DNA from: Antedon mediterranea
Lineage: Eukaryota > Animalia > Echinodermata
Assembly: GCF_964355755.1 (NCBI RefSeq)
Contig: NC_092670.1
Span: forward strand, 2,160,201-2,224,200
Reading direction: 5' to 3'
Length of the DNA: 64,000 bases
Shown: one piece after another, positions 50,301-64,000 of the stretch
Layout: every line of letters begins with the position of its first letter
How positions within the stretch are numbered: the stretch's first letter is position 1
Notes under the pieces: model-generated
The model's database searches: none
The model's input: the letters and a program-made list of their open reading frames with translations, nothing else
Told to the model about the DNA's origin: nothing
Program-made: the position numbers and the translations under genes

Positions 50301-53300
50301 ATATTGTTACAGTCTGTGGTGAGGGTGTAAAAGAAAACAAAAGAAAATGAAGAATGCATTTCTGTCTGGTTCCACAATTGCTAGAGTATAAGAAATAACA
50401 TCAAAGATAGTGCTTGTAATAGTGATTGTGTAAAAAAAGGAGGCAATGAAAATGACAATTTTTATTTATTATTATGATGTTAATATACCTGACATTTTTT
50501 TCAGATTATCATTGTGTGAAAAGGCTTTAGCTGAATATCTTGAAACCAAACGACTAGCGTTTCCACGTTTCTACTTCGTATCATCTGCTGATCTTTTGGA
50601 TATTCTCTCAAACGGAAACAATCCATCTACTGTAAGTGCTATTTCCTTTTGTTTTTAGGATAGACAGTACCCAAAGTCACTCCTTGATGTCATTGTAAGC
50701 TAATTTCCCAATTCACCTGCACTCTTTTTACCCAATAGAAATGTCTGGTACTTGGATTGCTAAGTGAAGCCAAACTTTATCAAAAAAATGTGATGTGCCC
50801 ATACTGTATATATAGACATGATGATGTCATATCACTACCATATTTAAGCATCATTACCATATTTGGGCACATATTTGTCAAACTAGTTTGATAGTGTAGA
50901 CAGGGCTTAAGAATGTCATACTCATATTATACTAAGCTACATTGTTTAATTTTAGGTTCAACGTCACTTGTCCAAACTGTTTGACAACATGGCTAAGCTG
51001 AAGTTTGAGCAAGATGATGAGGGCAACGACACCAAGACTGCTCTTGGAATGTACAGTAAGGAAGGTGAATACGCAGAATTCACTCAACCATGCGAGTGTA
51101 CTGGTCAGGTAAGTGAAAATAAAATCTGTAATAACATACACTATTGCTATCGATAATAAGCTTTTGTTTGCGACGACCGAACTAGGTCAGGTCAATCAAT
51201 CAAAACTGTGTCAAGGTGGAGAGTGAGAAACATTTCCCAATATCCCTGCATGCGATTAATGTATTAACACCACATAGTTGGATTGTCGGTCGACGTAAAC
51301 CAAAAGCCTCCTATTATTTATCTCAGACACCAGATGCTCAATATGAATTTTACTTAACAAAGTTGGTGTGTTCAGACCCAGAACCCTGAATTTAAAAAGT
51401 CTGATCTTCAGCCCAAAGTATTCAAGGTGCTGTTTGTTCATTTTTTACATTTTTGGCTCATAAATTAAAATACTTTTTTAGGTTGAAGCATGGTTGAACA
51501 AACTTCAAGACGCGATGCGTCAGACGGTTCGTTTAACATTCAATGAGGCCGTTGTAGCGTATGAAGAGAAGCCAAGAGAGTACTGGCTGTATGATTATGC
51601 AGCGCAGGTTGCACTGGCTACCACACAGATCTGGTGGACAACAGAAGTTGGAATTGCATTTGGCAGGCTGGAAGAAGGTCATGAAAATGCTCTTAAGGAA
51701 TACAATAAGAAACAGGTGATGTAGCAGTGTAATTATAGTTATGAATACTTATAACATGCCGTAAATAAGAGTCCTTGTTGTGTGTTTTTGTTGGTTTTAT
51801 TTTGTATTTACAATAACCATTGAGAGAACATACCAGGATACGCATACTGCTGAAACAGCTTTTTCCAATGGAGTCCTATTAACAAGCAAAATAACTATTG
51901 CAAGAACAGCATTGAAATTTGTGTCTTTTATGCATACATAACCGACAGCGTAATGTCCTATCTGAAGGATGAAGCAATAAATGTGAAGTATTTCAGCTGA
52001 TGACATAGATGAGAGGAAGGTGTCTAACTTACACACATACCTGATCATTGTCATTGTATCTTCGTATAATTATGAAAGGTTTTTACCAATCAAATTATTA
52101 ATATTATATTTGTATGACTTTTTAGGTTACACAACTCAACACTTTGATCACGATGTTGATCGGCAATCTGACACCAGGTGACCGCCAAAAGATCATGACC
52201 ATCTGTACCATCGACGTGCACGCACGTGATGTGGTTGCAAAACTGATTGCAATGAAGATCGATAGCGCTCAAGCGTTCCAGTGGCTCAGTCAGTTACGTC
52301 ATCGATGGGATGATGAACGTAAGCAGTGTTATGCTAACATCTGTGACGCTCAATTTAGGTACTCGTATGAGTATCTCGGGAACACCGCTAGGCTTGTTAT
52401 CACTCCACTAACTGATAGGTACGTTTTATAGTTCGTTATTCAACACAAAGAGAGTATTGCATATGATTGTGTAGTCTTTGGAGGAATCACTGCATTTTTA
52501 AAAAACGAGATGGCTAATAGTAATTTTTTTATTGCAGGTGCTATATTACCCTCACCCAATCGCTGCATTTAACAATGAGTGGTGCTCCAGCTGGTCCTGC
52601 TGGAACCGGTAAAACAGAAACAACCAAAGATTTAGGTCGGGCACTTGGAATCATGGTCTATGTATTCAACTGCTCTGAACAAATGGACTATAAGGTAAAG
52701 TCTACACTATCAAACTTCACTATCAAAACGTGCCCATATATGGACATAATGATGTCATATCACTACCATATTTAAGCATATCACTACCATAATTGTGCAC
52801 ATCACACTTTTTTGTCAAACTAGTTTGATAGTGTAGACAGAGCTTAAGTGATAATATCCTCAATGTTTAATGATGGTATAATTTTTTATGAAATTAATTT
52901 TGTTTTATCATGCAATATATATATACATATATTAATGAAATCAGGATTTTGAAAATAAAACTTGTTTGATTTGTTTTCTAGTCTTGTGGTAACATCTATA
53001 AAGGTTTGTCTCAAACTGGTGCTTGGGGTTGCTTTGATGAGTTCAACAGAATCTCTGTAGAAGTATTGTCTGTTGTGGCTGTACAGGTAAGACTATGGAA
53101 TAGCTCTGTGACCTTAGTAGAATTTTGAGTTTGAGTTTCTTTATTAAGCAATCAAGGTCAATTAAAATACTGTACATAAGTATCAAAATAAAACATAAAT
53201 AGAAAAACATTTTGAACAGAGCTTGATCACAAGGATAGCCAAGAAAAATGTCCTTATTTACACTTGGGTCCTGTATTTACACTTGGGTCCTGAAATGGTT

Positions 53301-56300
53301 TTCTAAAGTAAATGGTTATTAGAAATTCAGAACTTACTCAGTAGATATCACCTGTTCAATTATACTAATTTCATTTTAATTTGATCATTTTTAGGTCAAG
53401 TGTGTCCAGGATGCAATTCGGGATAAAAAGAAACGTTTTAATTTCATGGGAGAAGAGATCAACTTGGTTCCCACTGTTGGAATATTTATCACTATGAATC
53501 CGGGTTATGCCGGCAGGACTGAACTGCCAGAGAATCTGAAAGCGCTCTTTAGGTAGTTGAATAAAGTTTATTATTCAGTAATCAAGAGTTTTAAACAATA
53601 ATATTGTAAAACAGAAAAGAACAGGCCTCGATTACATAGGAAGTCCAAGAAAATTTAACCACTTATTTTCCTTGGATCCTTAGATGCAAAGAACTAAAAC
53701 ATTGCACACAAACCAGAAAAATAGAATTGGTGTATATGTTAATCAGCAACATATCAGAAGCTATAAATTATACTAGTTTGGATCACCTTAATAATGGTTT
53801 GTTTTGTTTTTTAGGCCATGTGCTATGGTGGTTCCAGATTTTGAACTGATTTGTGAGATCATGTTGGTGGCTGAAGGTTTCCTTGATGCTAGGCTACTGG
53901 CGAGGAAATTCATTACACTCTACACCCTCTGTAAAGAGTTGTTATCAAAACAGGTTAGAAATTAGCTAAACTTTGTATGAATGTGAACCCGAGTCTACTC
54001 AGCTGTAAAAAAGGTGGCGTGGAACGGAACTGGCCACCCTACCAAATAATGCTAAGGTTTAGAATAATGAGCTCTTAACAGCTCATTACCCTGTGTTCAG
54101 TAAATGAATACAAGACTTACCTTTACTATTAATAACTTAATGACACTTGATTTCAGGATCATTATGATTGGGGGTTACGTGCAATTAAATCTGTATTGGT
54201 CGTTGCCGGTTCACTGAAGAGAAGCGACAAGCAGCGTCCAGAAGACCAGGTGCTAATGAGGGCGCTTCGTGATTTCAACATCCCCAAGATCGTTACCGAT
54301 GACATGCCAGTATTTATGGGATTGATTGGCGATCTTTTCCCATCGTTGGATGTGCCACGTAAGAGAGACTTGAACTTTGAGAAGGTTGTGAAACAGTCTA
54401 CCATCGATCTGAAACTACAAGCAGAAGATAACTTTGTGTTAAAAGTTGTGCAGTTGGAGGAATTACTTGCAGTTAGGCATTCTGTATTTGTCATTGGTAA
54501 TGCAGGAACCGGTAAAACACAGGTAAAAGCATTCATACTTTAACTCTGGTATAAAGTGTCTTTCACACCTGTTCCGGCACGGTTCCGGTCCGGCGAATCG
54601 AACATCAATGTTTCGTTTTAAAACAAAACATTGACGTTTGAGTGGATTTTCTGGTGCCATGCCGGAACAGGTGTGAAAGACACTAAAGACTGTATCGCAC
54701 TAAAATTCTAATTTTGAGGTAGTTTTTAAGACGAAAATTCTTTCACATGTATTGAAAGTATTAAATAAAACATATGCAAATCTAATGTTAAGAACAAAAT
54801 TCACATTTACTGCTTTCTTACAACATTCTTTTTTTCTGGTTCACAGGTATTGAAAGTATTAAATAAAACATATGCAAATCTGAAACGCAAACCTGTCTTC
54901 ATCGACCTCAACCCAAAAGCTGTTACAAACGATGAACTGTTTGGTATCATCAACCCAGCAACACGAGAATGGAAAGATGGTCTGTTTTCCACCATCATGC
55001 GAGACATGAGTAACATCTCACATGATGGACCCAAATGGATCGTGTTAGATGGTGACATTGATCCTATGTGGATTGAGTCACTTAACACCGTCATGGATGA
55101 CAACAAGGTGAGTCTTCTTCACTTGTTTATTGAATGTTTACCATAATTAAGCAGTAAATGCTTATTAAAGCTTACAGATTAATACTTGATCAATTACCAT
55201 ACACATTGTTCTAATAAAATGTTAAGATGCTTTCAAAAATAATTCTTGTCCTATGACTGGAACAGTATTGTTAAACAAGTAGTAGTGTTAAAATAACACT
55301 GCGGAGCTAGAACATTTCTTTGTGTGATGATTTTTCAACATTGCGAATTCAAATAATTAAACTGTTTTTCTTTGTATAGGTGCTAACATTGGCCAGTAAT
55401 GAACGTATTCCATTAACACCCAGTATGCGTCTATTGTTTGAAATTAGTCATCTGAAAACTGCTACCCCAGCCACTGTATCTCGAGCTGGTATTCTGTACA
55501 TCAATGCCTCTGATCTCGGCTGGAATCCGTAAGACTTGTTGCATATACATCTTTGATAGCTAGTGCTTAGAAGTGTACAAAAATAATAGTATATATTGAA
55601 GTAGCTATTGTATAAAATTTCACGCTTCTTTTTTTCTTCAGCGTTGTTACAAGCTGGATAGACACAAGAGAAGTGCAGTCAGAGAGAGCGAACCTTACCA
55701 TTTTGTTTGACAAGTACTTACCTGCAATGCTAGAAACCATGCGTGTGCGATTTAAGAAGATTATTCCTATTCCAGGTAACCACACAGATTACTCGCTCTC
55801 ATTAGTGATTTTATTTTCAAATACAATTTTGCATTTTGAGAAAGAGCTGAACAATATGAATTGCGTTCTTCACTGTCCCACAGCAGCCAAGCACCCTTCA
55901 CTGACCCACAACAGCCATAAATATTATTGATCATGTCAAGATTGTTCTACCACAGTTACTACACTACTTCAGTTGTGTTCTTGCACTTATGAAAAGAGAT
56001 AAATTGTCTTTTATTTTTTACCACACTATTTTTATCCTTTCAGAACAAAGTATGGTACAAATGTTATGCTACCTTCTAGAATGCCTCCTAACACCTGAAA
56101 ACACACCTCCAGACTGTCCAAAAGAACTTTACGAACTTTACTTTGTGTTTGCTTCCATCTGGGCGTTTGGTGGTGCCATGTTCCAAGATCAGCTGGTGGA
56201 CTATCGGGTAGAGTTCAGCAAGTGGTGGGTCACTGAGTTCAAGACCATTAAATTCCCCAGCCAGGGAACTGTCTTTGATTATTACATCGATCGGGATTCC

Positions 56301-59300
56301 AAAAAGTTCTTGCACTGGTCTGAAAGAGTTCCAGTCTTTGAGCTTGATCAGGAGATGCCCCTACAGGTAACGGTCCACTTTTCTTATACAGCATACTATT
56401 CATTTCATGTTAGACCTTCCTCTACAAATATTTGGAAAGTAGGCCTTGTTTAGTAATAATAAATGTGTTATGTATGTATCAATACTTCTGCTCATGTACC
56501 ATTGCCTACATGATTTGCGTACATGATTAGTACAAACTTAATAGAAAGTTCAGGCCGGAAAAAATAAATGCGTTACCATTGCCTCATTTGGCTCTATTGG
56601 CCACACTAAAAACTTCAAACTCTACATTAAACTTATCTCATTTCAAATTGTTAGGCTGTCCTTGTGCACACAGCAGAAACAACACGTGTACGGTTCTTCG
56701 TTGATCTGTTAATGGCCAATGGCCGTCCAGTCATGCTAGTTGGTAATGCCGGTCTTGGCAAGAGCGTACTCGTTGGAGATAAACTAAACTCACTGTCTGA
56801 AGACTACATGGTTGCTAATGTACCATTCAATTACTACACAACCTCTGAAATGTTGCAACGTAAGTTTTATTTAACATTTCATTCCTTCTTTAGTCTGCAG
56901 ACACTTTCAGTACTAGTGCACTGATTTTTAAAGTGGTTCAGTAATTGGAAATATTATAACAAACATGACAAAGTAAAGACAAAATCAAAATTATAAATAG
57001 AGAAAATATACACTAAAAATGGAAATCAATTTTAGAAAAGAAAACTTAAATTTCTCTACGAATGTTTGTATAACCCCTTGTGAGATGAGAATAAAATCAT
57101 TATTTTTATTCTAGTCAACATTAAACATTGTGACTTGATGAAGAGAAAAGTCGATTACAATGTATGTTGTCCATGGTTTTGTATTCATTATGTCACACAA
57201 TGCAAGCACGAAAGACTTAACTTAATTGTCATTTATAATTAGGTGTTTTGGAGAAACCATTGGAGAAGAAAGCTGGACGTAACTATGGTCCTCCAGGAAC
57301 TAAGAAGCTTGTCTACTTCATTGATGACATGAACATGCCAGAGGTAACTTTTTATTTCATTTAACGTTTAAAATCCTAATTATTGGCTAATCACCAAAAT
57401 ATAATATTTTATGTTTATTCTGTAATATAACTATCTGCAGTTATTGTTATTATATATTCAGGCAAAAGATTTTACAAAATATAATACAAATTAATCAAAC
57501 ACGATACAAGGAGAAAATATAAAATAAATCGCTATTAATGAAATACAAAATCTTAATAAACAGGTTGATACGTATGGCACAGTACAACCCCATACTTTGA
57601 TACGTCAGCACATGGATTACAGACATTGGTATGACAGAGTAAAGCTAAGTCTGAAAGAGATCCACAACTGTCAATACATCTCTTGCATGAACCCAACATC
57701 TGGAAGCTTCACCATCAATTCCAGACTTCAGCGACACTTCTGTGTGTTTGCTCTTAGCTTCCCTGGTCACGATGCTCTCACCACTATATACAACAGTATC
57801 TTCAGCCAACATCTGAGCCTGACAGGGTGCACCACTAACATTCAGAAGATGAGTCTTACAGTCGTGACGGCAGCTCTTGATCTGCACAAGAAGATCACCA
57901 GTGCCTTCCTACCAACAGCCGTCAAGTTTCATTACATCTTTAATCTTAGAGATCTCTCAAACATCTTTCAGGTATTCAATTTGTTCTTTTACGTTCATTT
58001 TTTTTTTGTCAATAGTTTTGTATGCTGTAAACAGCCTTAAAAACACTGTATAGTGACTATGTTTTTTCTCTTTTGGAATATTGCTATATTATTTCAGCAT
58101 TTATTAGGCTCAGTCTACACTATCAAACTTGTTTGACTAAAAAAGTGTGATGTGCCCAAATTTGGTAGTGATATGCTTAAATATGGTAGTGATACAACAT
58201 CATCATGTCCATCTTTTTGTCACATAAAGTTTGATAGTGTAGACAGAGCTTTATATTTGTTTTTGAAGTCATATAAGATCAGAATAATTAACATGACCAT
58301 TATTATATTTTGTTATTTGTTTCATTTTGCATATATTTAGGGTTTGTTATTCTCTAGTCCTGAGTGCTTGAAGACGCCAAGTGATCTTATTCGTCTTTGG
58401 ATGCATGAGTCAGATCGTGTGTATGGCGACAAAATGATTGATGAGAAAGACATTGAAACATTCCAGAAAACATTAGTAGATTTTGGCAAAAAGTACTTTG
58501 AGGTTAGTATTCAAATTAAATAATTACCAAGAATTTTTAATTTTAGAAACAATAATTATTTAAAGACATTTTAAACAATTATTTTAAACATATAGGAACT
58601 ACATTTCGTTTTTGATTTCAATGTTTTTTATGTTTTTTCTGGTGAGACACCTAAATCAGCAACAGAAGCTTATGTGGGGTTTTTGTAACCCCTTGGCACA
58701 TTAAGCTATTTTTTGTTGTGTGATTGACATTGGCTTAATTACTATCTTACTACACAATTCAAGCTCGTAGCCAGGATTTTTATAGGGGATTCGTTTTTTA
58801 ACAAAATGGGAAAAATTGTCACAATTAAGGCTTGTTAGGCCTATTTACTATTATTTCTGCTGCTGATCTCTAGTTGAAAAGGGCACTTCAGGCAAAAAGT
58901 GGGTTCGTTCGTTATTATTGGTAATACAGTATGTTATATAATTTATGTTTTCTTATCATTTTAATATTTTTCTTTTAGGATGTTGATGAAGAAACTTTTA
59001 CAAAAAAGCCAAACATCTTCTGCCATTTTGCGTCAGGAATTGGGGATCCAAAATACCTTGGTGTTGCTGGCTGGGAAGAGCTTAGCAAGATCCTTATGGA
59101 AGCACTGGATAGCTACAATGAAATCAATGCTGTCATGAACCTTGTGCTGTTTGAAGATGCCATGCAGCATGTGTAAGTTACATGGTGTTTTAAATAATGT
59201 ATCTCTGTTGAGTAGAAGGCCTGTGTTTTAATAGTCAAATACAACAAATAAAATATTCTTTTAGATAAAATTCAGTACATATTGTAGTAAAAAAATTAAA

Positions 59301-62300
59301 ATAGAGTGACTGTGAAAGAAATGTTGGTATATGGCATAATTCTTCTTTTGGAAACACATGGTGTACCGCAAACATAACTACATCCATGGCGTAATTGCTG
59401 AATTTTTATTTTTTAGCTGTCGTATCAATCGTATACTGGAGTCTCCTCGTGGCAACGCTCTGCTGGTTGGTGTTGGTGGCAGTGGTAAGCAGAGTTTGGC
59501 TCGTCTTGCAGCGTACATCAGTAGTTTAGATGTTTTCCAGATTACACTGAAGAAAGGTTATGGAATACCTGATCTTAAGGTAAATTTTACTAATTTTTTA
59601 TTTCAAACACTGGGGTACAATTCTGCTCTAATTTAATGGTGACACACATAAACGCGACTACCAATTAAAGTGACCACCAAACAAAAACAGGATAAAAACA
59701 AAAGCACATCATTTTTTGAACCAAAAAGATTATTATTTATTTTGATCATTTCCAGGTAAATCAAACCTTACAATTAACACCTGTAGTGGTGTAGTTATGT
59801 GAATTATAATTATAACATATTATGTTGATCGTTTCAGGTTGACTTGGCTGCCCAATGTCTGAAAGCTGGTATGAAAGGAGTTGGCACCATGTTCTTGATG
59901 ACAGATGCACAGGTAGCAGATGAGATCTTCTTGGTCTTGATCAACGATCTCTTGGCATCTGGTGAGATTCCAGATCTGTTTCCAGATGATGAAGTTGAGA
60001 ATATCATTGGTGGTGTAAGGAATGAAGTGAAGTCTACTGGTTTGCAAGACACAAGAGAAAACTGCTGGAAGTTCTTCATTGAGAGGCTCAGAAAGCAATT
60101 GAAAGTAAGATGAGAGAAGATAGATTACACATGTCTGGTTCTTTTACATCAACTAATTATGGCCAAGTTATTACGATAATAAGGATAATATGAATATGTC
60201 AGAATGTGTAATATCATTTATTTTTCTTTTTGTAGGTTGTGTTGTGCTTTTCACCCGTTGGTAACACTCTTCGTGTTAGAAGCCGTAAGTTCCCTGCAGT
60301 TGTCAACTCCACATGTATCGATTGGTTCCATGAGTGGCCAGAAGAGGCTCTGGTGTCTGTCAGTCAGAGATTCCTTGAAGAAATTGAGTTACTACCGGTA
60401 AGTAAGAAAGTCTCTTTCCTCAATAAAGCATGTTTGTGACACAAAAAAACTGTAGAGTTTCCCAACATCAGTGATTAGCATCAAAGTTTTTTAATTTAGA
60501 CCTAAAATGAATTAATAAATATATATAAAACGTATGAAACCGTACTGAGTATGATCAACTAGACGCGAACTAGCCACCCATTCATAGAAGTAGTCTTTCT
60601 GTATGGTGACTGTAGACTGGACCTGACTTAAACTTTTAGCTGATCATTATATTAAAATAATAAATATAATGTTGTTGTTTTTGATGTGATATATGATGTC
60701 ATTTATTGATATGTTTTCTTCAGAGAGATATCAAATTATCAGTGGCACAGTTCATGTCGTATGTACACACAAGCGTAAACGAGACAAGCAAAATGTACCT
60801 GCAGAATGAGAGACGGTATAACTACACAACACCTAAGAGTTTCCTTGAACAGATCAAGTTGTACCAGAGTTTACTGACGGTCAAGAGTCTTGAACTGACT
60901 GCCAAGATGGAACGTCTGGAAAATGGCTTAACCAAACTACAGAGTACAGCACAGCAGGTATTTTACTTGTTTAATTTGGCTTGCAAGCTTCTTTCTCTTC
61001 AGATGAAGAACATGCCATTTCCCATCTGTGATTCCAGTTTTTTTAGTATTTTAGCTCTTGTTTTAAAATGAGAGGTAAAAGGGAATATTGTATTTTGGTA
61101 ATTTATACTGGTTCTTTAATTAATTTTCAATTAGGTGGATGACCTGAAAGCCAAGTTAGCCTCTCAAGAAGTTGAACTTACTCAGAAGAATGAGGATGCT
61201 GACAAACTAATCCAGGTAGTTGGTATTGAGACAGAAAAGGTGAGCAAAGAGAAGGTGATGGCTGCTGAGGAAGAGAAGAAGGTAGCAGTGATTGCGGAGG
61301 AAGTCGGCAAGAAAGCTAAAGAATGTGAAACTGATCTTGCCAAAGCGGAACCTGCCCTCATTGCAGCACAAGAGGCTCTTAACACCCTCAATAAGGTACA
61401 TTGACTGAATCTTGTTTCTGTGTTAGAAAAAGCTATTATATTTGATTTATTCAATTTTGGCACAACAAATATTACAGAAAAATACAAAAATATATCCAAT
61501 GTAAGCAAAACACATAGGATTGCCAAAAGTGAACTTAATCGTGTTAGAAGACCGAAATACAAATACATATAAAATATGTTAGAATGGCAGTATCCATCAA
61601 TAATCATCCTTTGTCTATTTTTAGAACAACCTCACTGAGCTGAAGTCTTTTGCTACACCCCCATCAGCTGTACTTATGGTCACAGCAGCTGTTATGTGTC
61701 TCCTCGCTCCAAATGGCAAAGTACCAAAAGACCGTGGCTGGAAAGCCGCTAAATCCATGATGCAAAAGGTAAAATATTTTTTTCACTAAAAAAACATGAT
61801 AATTATATTATATAGGGGTTTGTGGTTGTAGATTTGAAAATAATAATATATATATATATATTTATAATAATAAGAAACAGATAAAAATATACAACAGTTT
61901 TCCATCAATAATAAATCTAACTTCTTTAATTATTATTTTCTCTCTTGGATTCTTAAGTATGGAGAAGTATGTTCTTACATTCTTTAAAAGCTTTTTTCTT
62001 CATTCATTTCTTTCTACAATTTTATTGCACATTTTTTGCTACTGTACTTGTCAGTAAAGTTACACATTTCACTATGTTGTTTGATTGATTTATATTTTTA
62101 ATATATATTTACAATTCTGAACCGATTGAAGCTCCAGTGCATTTGCGTGTGGCATTTCAATTAAACAATTCATACAATTGTCTTGACTTGTTTTGAACAA
62201 ATAAACTTTCTTTTTAAAGCATTTCATAATTCAGATCAGTGTATTTTTCACATGTTGGGTTGTATATCCAAAGATGTTAACTTTTACTGGCTTTTTATGT

Positions 62301-64000
62301 AAAATTTTGAATCCAATAAAAATTATTCGGTTGATTTGGTTTCTTAATATTTTTTCACGATATTTTTTTACTGTATAATTGTATCACTATTATTATTATT
62401 ATCATCACCATATGTTTTTCGCTTTTCGCTTATTCCAGATCCTGTTTGAATTGTCTGCCTTCAATTGTATGTATAGTAGTTTAGAAATTAAAAACACTTT
62501 TATATACATTTAGGTTGATGGTTTCTTGGATTCTCTATTAAACTATGATAAAGAAAACATTCCTGATGGCTCGTTAAAAGCTGTACAAGAGTATCTCAAC
62601 AACCCTGAGTTTAAGCCTGACCTCATCAAGTCAAAGTCTGCCGCGGCAGCTGGTCTCTGCTCATGGGCAGTAAACATTGTTACGTTCTACAATGTGTTCT
62701 GCGATGTGGAACCAAAAAGAAATGCATTGAACAAGGCTAATGCTGAGTTGACTGCTGCGCAAGACAAACTGGCTATTATCACGGCTAAGATTGCTGTAAG
62801 TTTGATATATTCCCACAACCAACAGTGCAAAGCAACAATGACAGGCTAATAACAAAATATACACTTAAAAACACAATTAAGGTAAAACTTATATAATAAT
62901 CATCACGAACGCTGAACATCATGCGACATAACGCACTTAACAACAATCAGAGCGATTATTAACCAAAGTGTACATAGACTTATTTATTTTTCATTTTCGT
63001 ATCATTTTCTATAATATCATTCAACATACAATATCATCATTTTGTTATCAAAGTCTTTAAAATTGCTGTAACATTTGATCAGAAATATTATACTATAATA
63101 TCAAAGTTTGTAAATCCACTGTTTTTATCCAACACCCAACAAGTATCAATATTAAGTTTTTAAATATTAGATGATTCAGTACATCTTAATAATAACAAGC
63201 ATTGTAATTATCATTTAATGTTAGGAATTGGATGCTAACTTGGCTAAATTAACAGCTGATTTTGAGGAAGCAACATCCGCCAAGTTGAAGTGCCAGCAAG
63301 AAGCAGAGTCCACTGCTAGAACCATCACGTTAGCTAACAGGCTTGTTGGTGGCCTAGCCTCTGAGAATGTCCGTTGGGCTGAGGCTGTAGCAGGATTTAA
63401 AGAGCAGGAAAAAACTCTTCGTAAGTAATTAAATTAACTTTCCCCATTTTTTTTTAACCCTCTCACTCTCCCTTTTGTAATTGGTTTATCTTGTTGGAGC
63501 TTGTCTTGTTATATTATATTTCCAGTCTTTGCTTACATTTCACGTTTCTTTTCAATTTTAATAAAAATATTCATTTATGAGTAAAACATCATTCTTTCAT
63601 CTAACTTGTTAATCTTGTTTCTTTTTCCAGCTGGTGATGTGCTGTTGACAACCGGCTTTGTGTCGTACATGGGATGTTTCAGTAAATCTTACCGTATTGA
63701 TCTCATTGAGAAGATGTGGTTGCCATTCCTAAAGAGCCAAAAGGTATGTGCTATGTACAAAAGATATTGACAGTATAGTTTATAATATGTGCATGAAGGG
63801 GCACCATTTTAAAAAGTGAGCACCTGTGACCTAAGGTCTACAAAAAATTCATATTTGCTATCTTTCAGTAACATTTAACTAAATGTCTGTCTTTCAAAAA
63901 ATAAAAATGTATTAAATATAATATTACTAATACTACTAACTAACAATTATATATATTATTTATTCTAGGTTCCTATTCCAATAACTGAAGGGATAGATCC
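38352..64000 (+). CDS. DNAH9: Axonemal outer-arm dynein beta heavy chain (DNAH9/11/17 clade); multi-exon, 3' end beyond the window
   Basis: Start [27 protein letters not shown] resembles the sea-urchin ciliary beta chain. Four P-loops in order: GPAGTGKT (~52593), GNAGTGKT (~54496), GNAGLGKS (~56742), GVGGSGKQ (~59469). Linker motif [12 protein letters not shown]; stalk coiled coil and microtubule-binding domain at ~60900-63400. The symbol denotes the clade only, not a resolved 1:1 orthologue. Confidence 0.96.
40214..40510. mobile_element. Small degenerate TIR element (CAC-type end, TA flanks) in a dynein intron
   Basis: tacaacccctgggaaaggtg and cacctctcccaggggtagtg are imperfect inverted repeats flanked by TA. 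Confidence 0.55.
41081..41140 (-). mobile_element. tRNA-derived SINE head fragment
   Basis: Reverse complement tggtggttaacatgcttgc...ggttcaaatcctagctctggc has A/B-box-like motifs; no full cloverleaf. Confidence 0.5.
41172..41298. mobile_element. MITE family A, copy 5 (right end truncated)
   Basis: agctctgtctacactatcaaact...cccatatatggacatgatgatgtcatatcactaccatattt; no right TIR. Confidence 0.78.
43155..43666. repeat. Intronic minisatellite, 32-bp unit, ~16 copies
   Basis: acttgcccattttctacattcccatttgtacc in tandem. Confidence 0.95.
45441..45805. repeat. Intronic minisatellite, 29-bp unit, ~9 copies, within a local duplication
   Basis: attgaatatcccatacccaccaacctacc in tandem; flanks aataaagtgaataaatt and aaaaaggtctcaactt each occur twice. 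Confidence 0.9.
50771..50907. mobile_element. MITE family A, copy 6 (left end truncated)
   Basis: gacatgatgatgtcatatcactaccatattt...agtttgatagtgtagacagggct|taa. Confidence 0.78.
52698..52844. mobile_element. MITE family A, copy 7, abutting a splice donor
   Basis: AAG|gtaaagtctacactatcaaact...agtttgatagtgtagacagagct|taa. Confidence 0.78.
53985..54128 (+). mobile_element. Probable SINE body/3' fragment
   Basis: actcagctgtaaa...aactggccaccctacc...acttacctttact resembles invertebrate SINE bodies and tails; recognised from memory only. Confidence 0.35.
54556..54683. mobile_element. Harbinger-like MITE family B (128 bp)
   Basis: Perfect TIR gtgtctttcacacctgttccggca / tgccggaacaggtgtgaaagacac with TAAA on both flanks. 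Confidence 0.82.
58107..58250. mobile_element. MITE family A, copy 8
   Basis: tta|ggctcagtctacactatcaaact...agtttgatagtgtagacagagct|tta; TTA TSD. Confidence 0.82.

Noticed and set aside
45883-62864. Numerous short antisense or alternate-frame ORFs overlapping dynein exons
   Set aside because: Shadow ORFs of the coding strand with no independent support.

Overview
AT-rich, intron-containing animal DNA, most likely an echinoderm: the dynein N-terminus closely resembles my recollection of the sea-urchin ciliary beta chain. Three protein-coding genes are present: an uncharacterised ankyrin-repeat gene (minus strand, CDS 4180-1881), an RNF216/TRIAD3-like RBR E3 ligase (plus, 26693-36194) and an axonemal outer-arm dynein beta heavy chain (plus, 38352 to beyond the window end). 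The dominant feature is a 19,443-bp non-coding Foldback-type transposon (5386-24828). It has a perfect 9-bp target-site duplication (GTATGTGTG), 148-bp unique terminal inverted repeats, and two inverted arms made of about 105 copies of a 181/186-bp satellite with higher-order structure. The arms meet at ~19215-19240 with only a ~26-nt spacer. The element lies between the 5' ends of the divergent ankyrin and RNF216 genes. Also present: a 5S-tRNA chimeric Deu/Nin-like SINE, a hAT-like element with a 6-bp TSD, a pogo/Tigger-like MITE, eight copies of a Harbinger-like MITE (most with CArG boxes) and several minisatellites. Coordinates and copy numbers were read by eye; family assignments are from memory, not database searches.
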